This document shows positions 37,060 to 49,323 of a stretch of 64,000 nucleotides of DNA, piece after piece. Numbering within the stretch: the first letter of the stretch is position 1; each line of letters opens with the position of its first letter. The notes beneath the pieces were generated by a model that was not told the DNA's origin, did no database searches, and saw only the letters and a program-made list of their open reading frames with translations. The stretch comes from Pristiophorus japonicus. Its lineage: Eukaryota. Made by a program: the position numbers and the translations under genes. The stretch is taken from NCBI RefSeq assembly GCF_044704955.1, contig NC_091989.1, positions 46,500,001-46,564,000 on the forward strand. Direction: 5' to 3'.

Positions 37060-40000
37060 GGCCTGATTTTGCAGTGGTAATGAACTGTTCGCCGTCATTA
37101 CCCCTCTGAAACTGACCATAACTTCAGCACATGTGCAGCAAAAAGCAAAAATCCTGAAGTTGCTGTCAGTCATTCACTGCTCCGCCACAGGCTCTACTAT
37201 GGAATTCCTCCGAGCCAGCAATCAATGAAACCAGTCGAACTGACAAAAACCTAAGTTTTTCCTCTGTAATATCGCTGTTAAACACCTCATTAAAAGTTAA
37301 GCCTTGTTGAAATAGGTGTAATTAGGGTTTTAATGGCGCATTGACTGCTGAACAAGTCTGGTCCTGAAAAATTAATTTTATTTGTACAATGTCAAATTTC
37401 GCCATGATAGAAAATTACTAGGTTTTTAAAAATAACTTTTTTTTAAACATTTTTTTTAAGTTTATGATATTTCAGCTTCTACCTTAATCCCATATATATG
37501 TTTCAATCGTTATTTTGCTCTCTGTATAAATATTTTTAAAAATGAATTGAACTCATGCTTTTTATTTCCTGGTTTGCTGTCTGCTAGAATTCTTCAATGT
37601 GATTGGCTACTTATCATCATCACAGGCAGTCCCTAAAAATCGAGGAAGACTTGCTTCCACTCTAAAAGTGAGTTCTTATGTGACCGAATAGTCCAATACG
37701 GGAATTACAGCCTCTGTCACAGATGGGACAGACAGTCGTTGAAGGAAAGGGTTGGTGGGAAGACTGGTTTGCCACACGCTCCTTCCATTGCCTGCGCTTG
37801 CTTTCTGCATGCTCTCGGCGACGAGACTCGAGGTGCTCAGCGCCCTCCCGGATGCTCTTCCTCCACTTAAGACGGTCTTTGGCCAGGGACTCCCAGGTGT
37901 CGGTGAGGATGTTGCACTTTATCAAGGAGACTTTGAAGGCGTCCTCAAGACGTTTCCTCTGCCTACCTGGGGCTCGCTTGCCGTGTAGGAGTTCCGAGTT
38001 GAGTGCTTGCTTTGGGAGTCTTGTGTCAGGCATGTGAACAATGTGGTCCGCCCAACGGAACTGGTCGAGTGCGGCCAGTGCTTCGATGCTGGGGATGTTG
38101 GCCTGATCAAGGACGCCAACATTGGTGCGTCGGTCCTCCCAGGGGATTTGCATGATCTTGCGGAGACATCGTTGCTGGTATTTCTCCAGCGATTTGAGGT
38201 GTCTGCTATATATGGTCCATGTCTCTTAGCCATATAGGAGGGCGGGTATTACCAGATTTGAGGGCCTGATCCTCGAACACTCTCTTCCTCAGGCATCGAA
38301 GACTGCGCTAGCACACTGGAGGCAGTGGTGGACCTCGTTGTCGATGTCTGCCCTTGCTCCCGAGGTATGGAAAGTGGTCCATGTTGTCCAAGGCTGCGCC
38401 ATGGATTTTGATGACCAGGAGTCAGTGCTGTGTGGTGGGGTCAAGTTGTTTAGTATGTTTAGTGTAAGGTCCATGATTTCGTATGCCTCGGTTAAGATGT
38501 TGACGATGGCTTGGAGTTCAGCCTCTGAATGTGCGCAGACGCAAGCGTCGTCCGCGTACTGTAGTTCGACAGCAGAGGATGGGACAGGCTTGGATCTAGC
38601 CTGGAGGCAACGAAGGTTGAACAGGTTCCCACTGGTTCTATAGTTTAGTTCCACTCCAGCGGGGAGCTTGTTGAGCGTGAGATGGAGCACTGCAGCGTGT
38701 AAAGATCGAGAAGAGGGTTGGCGCAATGACGTCAAGGCCAGCTCTGAGCTGGCCGAAAGGACTTCAAAGGATGCCATCGGATCAGGAGAGGGAGGACAGA
38801 GTTCAGACCTGTTCCAAATTATATATTTATCCTCGTTAGATTATTTATAAATCTCCCTCAGCTGCTCCAGGCTCGCGCTGCCTCCGCTGTCAAGGAGACG
38901 CTTATTTAAGGACACGGACCTCTGGGGAGCCGTGATCGGCAGAGAGGGGTAGCGAAAACCATCTCCAGCGGTACCCTGCTCCTGACAAAATGCCTGGAAC
39001 ACGACCTTGTCATCACCAACACCTTGTTCCGCCAGAGGGAAAAGTACAAGGCATCGTGCAACACCCTCGCTCCAAACACTGCCATCTGCTCGACTCAGTC
39101 ATCGTTCGAGTGAGGGATCGCAAGGGCATGCGCATCACCCGCGCCATGACAGGAGCCGCGACTGCTGGACGGACTACCGCCTAATCCGTTCCATTATCAA
39201 TATTAATATAGTCCCAAAGCAACAATGGCATCAGAAGCAATGCCGCAGAAAAATCAATGCCAGGGCACTCAAAGACCTATACAGCCAGCGCCTCACTGCC
39301 AACCTGGCGACCCTCGGTGACCCCGAGACGCAGAGTGTCCACAGCACTTGGTCTGGCCTCCAGGCCACCATAACCAGTACCTGCGAAAAACGCTCGGCCA
39401 CTCGACCAGGAAACACAAGGATTGCTTTGATGGGAATGACCAGAAGATCCATGAGTTAATAAACCGCAAGTACAGGGCATTTCTGAACTTAAAGCAACAA
39501 CCCAACTCGGGTGCAGCAAAGCAGCTCTACAGATGGCTGAGTGCCGAGGTCCAACAAAAAACCCGCGACCTGAAGAATAGATGGTGGGTGGAGAAAGCAC
39601 AGGGGATTCAGCAGCTGGCCGACAGCCATGACGTGAGAGGATTCTTCACTGCAGTCAAGTCCACCTACGGTCCAAGCACATAAAGCCCCACCCCATTGCT
39701 GGCCAAGAATAGGGAGACACTCATCAAGGACACCGAGGCAGTCAGGGCCCACTGGAAGGAGCACTTCAAAGATCTCCTTAATCGAGACTCTGCCTTCGAC
39801 ACGAGTGTCCTCGACTCCATCCCGCAGCATGCTACCCGCCACCACCTTAGCAAAACCCCAGCCCTGCAAGAGGTAGAAAAGGCCATCCATCAGCTCAAGA
39901 GCAACAAGGTATCAGGAGCAGATGGAATCCTCGCTGAGGCACTAAAGTATGGCAGCGAGGCACTATTGGCTCGAATGCATGACCTCATCTCTCTCATCTG

Positions 40001-40710
40001 GAAGGAGGATTGCATGCCTGGAGATCTGAGAGATGCAGTAATCGTGACCATCTTTAAAAAAGGGGACAAGTCCGATTGCGGCAACTTCAGAGGAATCTCC
40101 GTTGTCGGCCACTGGGGAAGTCATTGCTCGAATCCTCCTCAACCATCTTCTCCCTGTGGCTGAGGAGCTCCTCCCGGAGTCACAGTGCAGAGTCCGTCCA
40201 TTACGGGGTACAACGGACATGATTTACGACGCGACAACTGCAAGAGAAATGTAGGGAACAGCACCAATCCTTGTACATGACCTTCTTTGACCTCACAAAG
40301 GCCTTTGACACTGTTAATCGGGAGGGACTCTGGAGTGTCCTCCTCCATTTCAGCTGCCCCCTAAAGTGTGTTACCATCCACTGCCTGCTCCGCGAAGACA
40401 TACAAGCCATGATCCTGACCAACGGATCCATCACAGACCCAATCCATGTCCGGACCGGGGTCAAGCAGAGCTGAGTCATTGAGCCAACCCTCTTCTCAAT
40501 CTTTCTCACTGGCAGCTTGATGACATGACTGCTGCTCGACGCTAAGGGTCCCCTTTCGACAGCGCTGCAATTAATTTAACATCAAGAAAGCTTAAGTTTT
40601 CACCAGAGATCGCAAGATCTTTGTGGGCAGTTCCCCACCCGCCCCCCTCCGCACCATGCAGAGGTCAACGGCAATTGCTGTCGCTTGGCCGCTGGCTGCA
40701 AATTCCGGGC
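37060..40710. mobile_element. Old Harbinger-type MITE split by an RTE insertion
   Basis: Imperfect TIRs GGCCTGATTTTGCAG / CTGCAAATTCCGGGC with TSD TAT on both sides. Confidence 0.7.
37613..40510. mobile_element. RTE-clade LINE with 5' inversion (minus-strand 3' part 37613-38732; plus-strand upstream part about 38908-40510)
   Basis: The minus piece has LQYADD, RWADH, the CPIC..H end and a (CAT)n tail. The plus piece has VITNT/LLD/DH endonuclease remnants, KKGDKSDC.N.RGIS, DLTKAFDTV and GVKQ. Confidence 0.9.
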
Positions 40711-40803
40711 TATGAAGTATTCTCCATTAGTAAACAAAGTGACCAAATTTCTCCCAAAATTTTTTTTAGCAGGATCTTTGGTGGGCAAAGAAACCTGAAA
40801 ATG

Positions 40804-41936
40804 TGTTAAAAATTAGGAATTCCTAAAAATATATAATTATGCAAATGAAACTGTGACGCGAATAATACTGTGTTTAAATGATTGTATTAGTGCTTGAGAC
40901 AAGTATGGGGTTAATGTATAAACTGTGACTTAGTTGAACTGTGTAAGTTTCTGTTTCCTGGAAAGTTTGTATTAGAATTCGAGACAAAATGATTTTTTAG
41001 CTAGTTAGATTAGGTGATGCACGATATTCCACATAGAGGCTCCACTGCATGACCTTGGCCTGCCAGGCTTAGCTGAAGGCCCAAACTATCTTTCTTCCAT
41101 TATTACTAATAACCATATTATAATGCTAAGGTAAAATTTGGAGTTTGTTTAACAAAACTGCTTGTGAAGATAATGAAAAGTAAATTAGTATAAAGGACTT
41201 AGAATTAAAGTAATTTATCGGAGGTAAGGTATCATCTCAATGATGGAATAGTCTGTTCAATTAAGAGGAGATAGTTTGATAGCGGTTGGTTGAACAGACA
41301 GTTCTAGCTCTGATTTAACGGCTTAAGGTTGTGCCTGAGACATGCACTGGCTGGGGACAGGGCCGGATGAGAGAAGGGGGAGGATCCAGATGCATTGGCT
41401 TCCAAAACGTATAAACAAGAAAGCATGTATAATGATTGTGAAGATGATCCCTTGAGGGAGGGGGTCTTCACCTGTAAGTTTAGACAAAGAACTCAACAAA
41501 GAACCTTGTTTTAAGGGAAATCTCCATAGGTTAAATGGTCCTGTCCATTATTCTACCTCAGGACTACCCCTAAAAAGAGAATAAAAGGAAGAGCTAAAGA
41601 ACCCTTAGCTCAGACATTGGAGCGAGGAGCTCCCAAGAGTGGATCAGGTGGTCTAACACTCTTCCGAGGGTGGACCCATGCTAACCCTAGTCCACCACTT
41701 TTTGGTAGTTCAAGAGACAGAGACTCATGTGAGACAAGGAGAACGAATAAGAAGAGCTGTTCGCACACGCCAGCTGTCTATCCAACTGTGTCCGGTACCA
41801 GCTACTTGTCACTGTCGTATGTTTTTTGCTGTATAACTATTGTCTTATATTCCATCCTATACTCCGATTAAACACAATATACACACCATATTGGTTTGCA
41901 CTCGATCCTGATTATTTGAAAGATGAGAGATCAACA
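40804..41936 (+). mobile_element. Solo LTR (1133 bp)
   Basis: TGTT...AACA termini with a perfect 4-bp TSD AATG. The 3' part is homologous to 53650-53810. Confidence 0.88.
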
Positions 41937-42384
41937 AATGTGGGCAAAACGCAGACAAATCATCTAACTGAAGGATTGAATTTCTGTAGCAGATTGCACA
42001 GAAACAAATTTTTCCAATAAAACAACTATTTCAAAAAAGTGATGCTCGACACACTCAATAGCTACTTTCAACTTCCGCCTCAATAAATTAAGTTTATAGA
42101 TACCTACTGTGCAGTGCTTCTGGAAAACAAAGTGTATATTTCAAACATAATGCCAGGGGAGAAGATGGAAATCCCTGCTCAGTTTCAGTTTTTCACTATA
42201 AAGTGACGACATGAATCGCCATCCAGAAAATCAAACATATTTATCATGCCCTTATTATATAGTGTACCAAATGACTAAGGAGCTAGGACCTCCCAATTTC
42301 TGCACACAGGTTAATTTCCTGCCATCCCCAATAAATTTTCAACAATGGAATTCATCAGTTACAGGACAGGAGGAATCAATTTAC

Positions 42385-42491
42385 CTGAATACCATCAAGT
42401 AATTTGCTCATACACCAGAAACTGTCAGCTTCAATGTTCTGCAGGACCTCATCAGGCAGGCTGGAAACATCAAAATTTTCCACTTCTCCTT
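42385..42491 (-). CDS. TBC1D22B: Internal coding exon (107 bp) of TBC1D22B-like gene: (E)GEVENFDVSSLPDEVLQNIEADSFWCMSKLLDGIQ
   Basis: Carries the IEADSFWCMSKLLDGIQ motif of TBC1D22; VENFDV and EADSFW favour 22B over 22A. It has a polypyrimidine tract plus ttgcAG acceptor (42493-42492) and a CAG|GTAAAT donor. It splices in frame to the 5707 exon (…DGIQ|DNYT…). Confidence 0.93.
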
Positions 42492-43634
42492 CTGCAAGAG
42501 GGCAAAAAGAAAAATAAATAAGAATATAACCCAAATTACAGGCGTGCTGTGAGCATTTTACCTTTGACAATGCACTCAAAAATTAAAGCACCCACACATG
42601 GTACAGTTACATTCTTTATAAAATTATTTAACGGTTGAATGGTCCAAAACTACTTAATTCAAGTGATACAGTTTTAATGGTGAAAGAGAGAAAATTGTGC
42701 AATATGTTTCGCAGTTAAGATACAAATTACTTCAACAACCTAATAGTCCCTTAATTAAGAAAGAATCTCAGTAATCTTCTTCAGAGTAAGCTCCATGAAA
42801 CCCCAAGGAGAGTTGTGAAATTCAATTCCTCAGCTCAATGCAGAAATGTTTGAATACTAATGATCAAAATACCACTTTGAAATGTCTCCAAAATCTATCC
42901 CAAAACCTACACTACTAACTTGAATCTGCGCTCTGATCAACTGAGGAGGATATATTACATGGCCAGCATGTGAAACACAACTTTTCCTGCTGCTCAGGAA
43001 TTTTACTTTCTTTACCTAAGTATTTAGCTGTTTAATCATGTGGGATTTTTTTTTAATTCAATTTCTACATTACATCTACATTCATTTTAAGATTATGCCC
43101 TCTTGATCTAGATTCCCCCACCAGTGGAAATAGTTTCTCTGTATCTACCCTATCAAATTCCTTTACCATTTTCAACACCTCGATTAGATCACCCCTCAAT
43201 CTTCTGAATTTAGTAAAAAACAAGCCATGTATCCTAAATTACAACAGTGACTACATTTCACAAGTCTTTCATTTACTGTAAAGCGCTTTGGGACATCCCG
43301 AGGTTGTGAATGGCACAATATAAATGCAAGTTTTTTTCTTTCTCAACTTTTCATCACAATTTAACCATTGGTATCATTCTGGTGAATCTGTGCTGAACCC
43401 ATTCCAAGGTCAAGAAATATTTCCTGAAGTTTGGCACCCAAAATTGAAAACAGTATTCCAGATGGGGTTGATCCAAGGCTCTGTACAACTGAAGCATCAT
43501 TTCCCCCCGCTTTGTATTCCAACCCCCTTAAGATGGCCAAAATTTGCCTTTTCGCTTACTTTTTGTACATGTACACCAGCTTTTAATGATTATGTACATG
43601 GGCACCCAAATCCCTCTTGCTCTGTCAGTTCCTA

Positions 43635-45181
43635 GGGCCCAAGTTTCCACATGATTTGCGCCTGATTTTTAGGAGCAACTGGTGGAGAACGGACTATCTT
43701 AGAATTCGCAATTCTTCACATTTTCTTTTCTGCAGTTCTAGTCAGGTAGAACAGTTCTACTTTGGAACAGAATTTTTTCTTCAAAAAGGGGGCGTGTCTG
43801 GCCACTGACACCTGATTTGAAAGTTTCCACAGTGAAAATGTACTCCAAACTAAAGTAGAATGGAGCAAGTGAAGATTTTTGTAGAACTGAAAAAACCTGT
43901 TCTACACATTAAAAAATCAGGCGCAGGTTACAAATCAGGCGTCCAGAACGAGGCGGGGGGGGAGGGGAACTCATTAAATTCTACAATCAATCCTTATTTA
44001 TACTTATACAAATAAATCCAACCTGAATAAACATTTATAAGCAAAGAAAAGATTAAATAAACCATCTTCCTACCTGTGTGAAAGTGCTTCAGCCAGGGAG
44101 AATTCTGCAGCAAGTCTCACAAAACGAGGGAGCCGACCGAATGAGGGCCGGGGGGTGGGGGGGGGGGAAGAAGAGAGGGAGCCAACCGAACGCGGGGAAG
44201 GGAGCCGACGAACGGGGGGGGGGGGGGGGGGGGGGGAGGAGAGAGGAGGGAAGGGAGCCGACGAATGCGGGAGGGAGAGAGCCAACCGAACGCGGGCGAG
44301 AGGGAGCCGATCGAACACGGGTGGGAGCCTACCGAACGCGGGGGTGGGGGGGGAGGGAAGGGAGCCGACCGAACGCGGGGTGGGGGGCGGGGGGGAGGGA
44401 AGGGAGCCGACCGAACGCGGGGTGGGGAGGGAAGGGAGCCGACCGAACGCGGGGTGGGGAGGGAAGGGAGCCGACCGAACGCGGGGTGGGGGGGGGAGGA
44501 GGGAAGGGAGCCGACCGAACGCGGGGTGGGGGGGAGCCGACTGAACGCGGGGTGGGGGGGGGGGGAGCCGACCGAACGCGGGCGGGAGGGAGGGAGCCTA
44601 CCGAACACAGGCGGGAAGGGAGGGAGCCGACCGAACGCGGGGGGGGGGGGGGGGGGGGGGGAGGGAATGGAGCCGTTCCAGACGGCTGGCGGGAAAGCGA
44701 GAAGGCTGCAGGAAGCCTCAGAAATTGAGGAGCCATTTCCCGACGGCAAAAGGGGGAGGTCGTCGGGAAACGGCTGCCTCAACTTTGAGGCTTCCTGCAG
44801 CCTTCTCACTGCTACAAGAAGCCTCTGTGCTGATGGCAATGTACTTTTATTAAAAAATGTTCAAAAACTAAACAGCTACAAAGAACGACAAAAATGGCCG
44901 AGTGCCAATGTTTTTTTCACACTGAGCATGCGCGAACGCTCCAACGCGCACGTGCAGCGTTGCCGGCAGGAAAAAAACTAATTTAAATAGTACCCGCCCC
45001 CTCCCACTTACAAAATTGGCGCGAGTGTAGGCTCCGCCCCCCTGGGCGCCGCGCCCAGCAGACAAGGAGCTGCAGAACGCTCCAGAATCGCGAGCTTTTC
45101 TTCCGGCGCCATTTTAGGCGCGAAAAACGGGCGCCCAGCTCGGAGGGGCGCCCGTTTTTTATCATGTGGAAACTTGGGCCC
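43635..45181 (-). mobile_element. Harbinger MITE copy 3
   Basis: 21-bp TIRs GGGCCCAAGTTTCCACATGAT with TSD CTA. Near-identical inverted match to 17398-18896. Confidence 0.93.
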
Positions 45182-45579
45182 CTAGTCTCTCACTGTTTAA
45201 AAAAGAAATTCCGATTGGTCTTTCTCAGATCCAAAGTCGATGACCTCTTACTTCCCGACATTGAACTCCCTCCGCCATGGTTCTGCGCACTTAGTCTACC
45301 TACGTCCTTTACAACTTCCTGCTCCCACTGACACAACTTACTGTGACTCCATTCCTCATGGAAGAAACTAAAATAAGCTTATACCCCAGTACAGATTCTG
45401 TCACATTCTGCCAATGTTGCTTTTATCCTTACTCTCTGTCTCCGACCTTTCCATCAATTAGCAATTCAGGTCACAAGGTTACGTCCAATACATTGCTGTT
45501 TCATTTTTGCTAATAATCTCTTGTGCCTTCTGAAGTCTATATAACAAATGGGCACTCCTTTGTCCACTATGCAGGCGAC

Positions 45580-45743
45580 CAATGTTCCCGCTAAGCTGCA
45601 CGGGCACAATCGTCTTCTAGGTCCCACGCAGGCCCGCTTACTGACTTTGATTGTAGATACCACGCATGCACAAAACTTTGAATGGGCCGCGAATTGAAGG
45701 AAGCAGGCCGCACAGGAGGCAATGCAGCTTACAGGGGACTTCG
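45580..45743. mobile_element. Short TIR element (possibly a hAT MITE)
   Basis: Imperfect inverted ends CAATGTTCCCGCTAAGCTGC / GCAGCTTACAGGGGAC. The TSD could not be resolved. Confidence 0.45.
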
Positions 45744-46499
45744 CTCCTGACCTACTCAAAAAAATTCAACTAGATTAGTCAGCTGTGATCTTCCCTTCAC
45801 AAATCCATGTTGACTCTCGTTGATCAGCTCATACTTATCCAAGTGCTCAGTTAGTCTATCTCTGATAAATTCCAGTAACTTCCCCGCAACTCAGGTTAAA
45901 ACTGATCGGTCTGTAGTAACCTGGTTTCTCCCATTAGCACTTCTCCAATCCAAAGCCACAATTCCAGAATCTAGAGTGAAACTTTGTACTTGATCTCTTA
46001 GAGTAGCACATTGTCTAAAACCACGATTAAAGAACTGATTAGGTTATTGTTGTTAGATAAAGGCCCATCTAACTGGCCTACAAGATCTGGGTGAAGATCT
46101 GGTTAGAAACAGAATTAAAATCTATAATGATAAGTTTAGTAAAAGATGATCAAATGCTGCATGAAACCTAGCAATTCCTGAGCTGCTGGGATCATAGGAA
46201 TGGGATCACAGGAATGGGATCATCGACACACAAGACAAATTTACGCATTCTCTTCTGAAAAGGAGTAACAAGAGAAATCTTCGCTCTCAAATCCGCACCA
46301 TGAAAAAAGGCACTTCTTAAAAAATCAGTCAAGGTGAAAAGTAATGTACACTGATATGTAAACAGCACTATAAATTGAATATATTAGTATGCAAAAATTG
46401 GAAAGTGAAGCATTTTTAAATTTACTGAAGTACTTACCCTCTGGGCTACGGTACTCTTTTAGGCATCGACTATCAATCTCGTGCCAGTATTTATATTGA

Positions 46500-46900
46500 G
46501 AATATACTGTAAATTTCTTCAAAATATCGAGCCTACATATTTTGCAAGTAAAACGTCCCAAGGTGCTTCACAGGAGCATTACACAAAATATGTTATCAAG
46601 CCACATAAGAGGATATTTGAGCAGATGACCAAAAGCTTGGTCAGAGTGGTAGATTTCAGGGAGTGTCTTGAAGGAGGAAAGAGAGACAGAGAGGCGGAGG
46701 GATTTAAGGAGGGAATTTCAGAGCTAAGGGCTTCGGCAGCTGAAAGCACCAAGGTTGCAAACAGTCTGGTTCAGTCTCAGATAGTTTCCAGGAAGAAGGA
46801 TGGAGTTTGTGATAGCGATCAGACAATAGCTTTGGAGGAAATTTCTGCTCCTCCATTACCTGATAGTGGACAAGCAGTTTGACAATAGAGACAGTGGAGG
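46500..46900 (-). mobile_element. L2-type LINE 3' fragment
   Basis: Similar to 11260-11510 (aaagcttggtca..ggagtgtct..gaggcggagg..gggaatttcaga). Confidence 0.6.
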
Positions 46901-47358
46901 TGTGGTGCAAGTCACCCAGGTTGCTGAAGGACACATGGGTAGAAATTGAGAGGTACTGGCCACAATCTTCCAATCTTCCTTAGATACAGGGAGGATGTCA
47001 AATGATTGGAGGATTGGAAATGTGACACCCTATTACAAAAAAGGGGAGAATGATAACCCTGGCAATTGCAGGCCAGTCAGTTTAACGCAGTGGTGGGGAA
47101 GATTTTAGCAACAATAATCCAGGAGAAAATTAATAGCCACTTAGACAAAGCATGGACTAATAAAGGAGAGCCAGCATGGTTCTGTTTAGGACAAGTAATG
47201 TTTGACTAACTTAACTGAGTTTTTTTGGTGAGGTAACAGGGAGGATGAGGGCAGTGCAGTTGATGTTGTGTATAGGACTTTCAACAGGCATTTGGTATCA
47301 CATATTAGGCTGGTTAGCAAAATTGAAGCCCGTGGGATTAAAAACTGCAGTATGTTAG

Positions 47359-48137
47359 TGTTAAGAAGCAACCCAGGGTATAGAGAGTTAATCCATTAAT
47401 ATAAATGTTTATTTTAGTTAGTTTCAAAGATCTTTATTCAACAATAAGGAGTCTGGCCACTTGGGATGGTTGTATCCTGACGATAGACGAAGCCAACCTA
47501 GTTAAGAAATAATGAGCGCAGAATAGGATAATGGATGACATAATTCAAGATAGCAAGGACAGCAATCACCTGTCCTTGTGTGAATGGACTCGGCTGCTAA
47601 ACACGTTTCTAGGGTCCGAGTGGCTCCCCTGGTCTCAAGGACACCTATTGCTTATGCTATATCAGTTCATTTATTCATAGGCAGTCCCTCCGAATCGAGA
47701 AGACTTGTTTTTACTCTTAGCATGAGTTCTTAGGTGGCTGTACAGTCCAATAAGAGAACCACAGTCTCTGTCACAGGTGGGACAGATAGTCGTTGAGGGA
47801 AAGGGTGGGCAGGGAGCCTGGTTTGCCGCACGCTCTTTCCGCTGCCTGCGCTTGATTTCTGCATGCTCTCGGAAACAATACTCGAGGAGCTCAGCGCCTT
47901 CCCGAATGCACTTCCTCCACTTAGGGCAGTCTATGGCCAGAGATTCCCAGGTGTCAGTGGGGATGTGTATCGGGCGGGGGGGGGGCGCTGTCTATGTACA
48001 CTATAAAAATAATGCCTAAGCTGTATGTGCTTTGAGATGGTGATAGCAGACAGCCATACCTCTCCCTTGCTAGCTTGTAATAAAGGATTGAACTAAACGC
48101 GATGATCGACTCTCGAGTGGTACTTTGAACCATAACA
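47359..48137 (+). mobile_element. Solo LTR B, containing a minus-strand RTE 3' fragment (47676-47966)
   Basis: TGTTA...TAACA termini with imperfect TSD GTTAG/ATTAG. TATAAAA occurs at about 48002 and AATAAA at about 48079. Confidence 0.7.
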
Positions 48138-49014
48138 ATTAGAAACTAAAGATGTCTAAAAATGCATAAAACTGGCACAGAACTGGAAACGAGGTGTCTC
48201 CTTAGATTGATAGGAAATGCTTCAAATTGCTAATTATCTGTGGTTTTCAAGTTAAAGCTTCAGGTTCTTTATGTATCTTTAAGACAATTTGTATGGAAAG
48301 GCTTAGAATGGAAGGAAGTTTGTAGGAATTAATGTAAACACAGGCAGTTTGCAATGTCGTAAAGAACGGTTGAGGTGAGAAAGCTCTGGTTTGGCTTCAT
48401 AAGTTCAAAGGATAGAGGAAGAATTGGAAGAGAGAGAGATGAAAGGAATTCTACAGAAAAGCATCTTTGAGAAGGTATGAACTATGACGTGACCAAATTC
48501 AGAAGACATCTTTAAGGTGGGTTTTTGAAACACGAATCGAGACAAAAAACTAGAAGCTTTAATGGATATTATGGGCTCAATTTTCCCCAATGCCGTTTTT
48601 TGGCATATTACAAGAGGTACGCCCGTTTTTTTTGCCCCGACTACTCCAAAAAAAACTTGCAAGTTTCCCTGTTCGAATTTTTGAAATTGGCGCCGCACAG
48701 CCTGTCCTTTAGTTTCGGCGGGGTGGAGCCTAATGTCTGCACCGAAAAAATGATGCTCCCCCCGCCTCTTCTGCGCATGTGCGAAAAAAAAATTATGTTT
48801 TTTTATGTGACTGTTATGGGCGTGCATTCGGCCATATTTAAAGAGCCAGTTATGAATGAGAACTTTAATTCTCAGTGGAAAAATCAAAACTGCAATATGC
48901 AACGCAGCTCAAGGACCAAAAATTTCTCAGAGGACGAAGTGGAGGCACTAGTTACTGTAATTGAGGCCAGATGGTACGAGCTGGACACCAGCAGAAGTCA
49001 CATAAAACTTTCAC

Positions 49015-49323
49015 AGAATCATAGACGTTTACAGCATGGAAGGAGGCCATTTCGGCCCACCGTGTCCATGCTGGCCAACAAGAGGCTATCCAGCCTAATC
49101 CCACAATCCAGCTCTAGGTCATTAACCCTGCAGGTTATGGCACTTCAGTTGCACATCCAAGTACTTTTTAAATGTGTGAGGGTTTCTGCCTCTACCACCC
49201 TTTCAGGCAGTGAGTTCCAGACCCCCACAACCCTCTGCGTGAAGACATTTCCCTTCAAATCTCCTCTAAACTGTCCACCAATTACCTTAAATTTATTCCC
49301 CCTGGTTGTTGACCCCTCTGCTA
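49015..49323 (-). mobile_element. Short CR1 3' end inserted in the Myb-like gene
   Basis: The minus strand encodes FTQRVVGVWNSLPERVVEA. It is flanked by the TSD-like pair aactttcac/agtttcac. Confidence 0.85.

Larger units (their letters stand above)
5708..42384 (-). other. Intron of about 36.7 kb of the TBC1D22B-like gene, rich in transposable elements
   Basis: GT..AG boundaries lie between two exons that are adjacent in the protein. It contains most of the elements listed here. Confidence 0.85.
43080..45975 (-). mobile_element. Degraded CR1 RT region, interrupted by a SINE 3' end (about 43235-43330), MITE copy 3 and a small TIR element
   Basis: CR1 nucleotide motifs (ttcccttcacaaatccatg, cagtattccagatg) occur on both sides of the insertions. 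Confidence 0.7.

Noticed and set aside
46325-46561. Possible further TBC1D22B exon (GTAAGT donor-like site near 46436)
   Set aside because: The translation does not match the expected upstream exon (..RHPASGYVQGINDL..). I did not find the flanking exons in this window.
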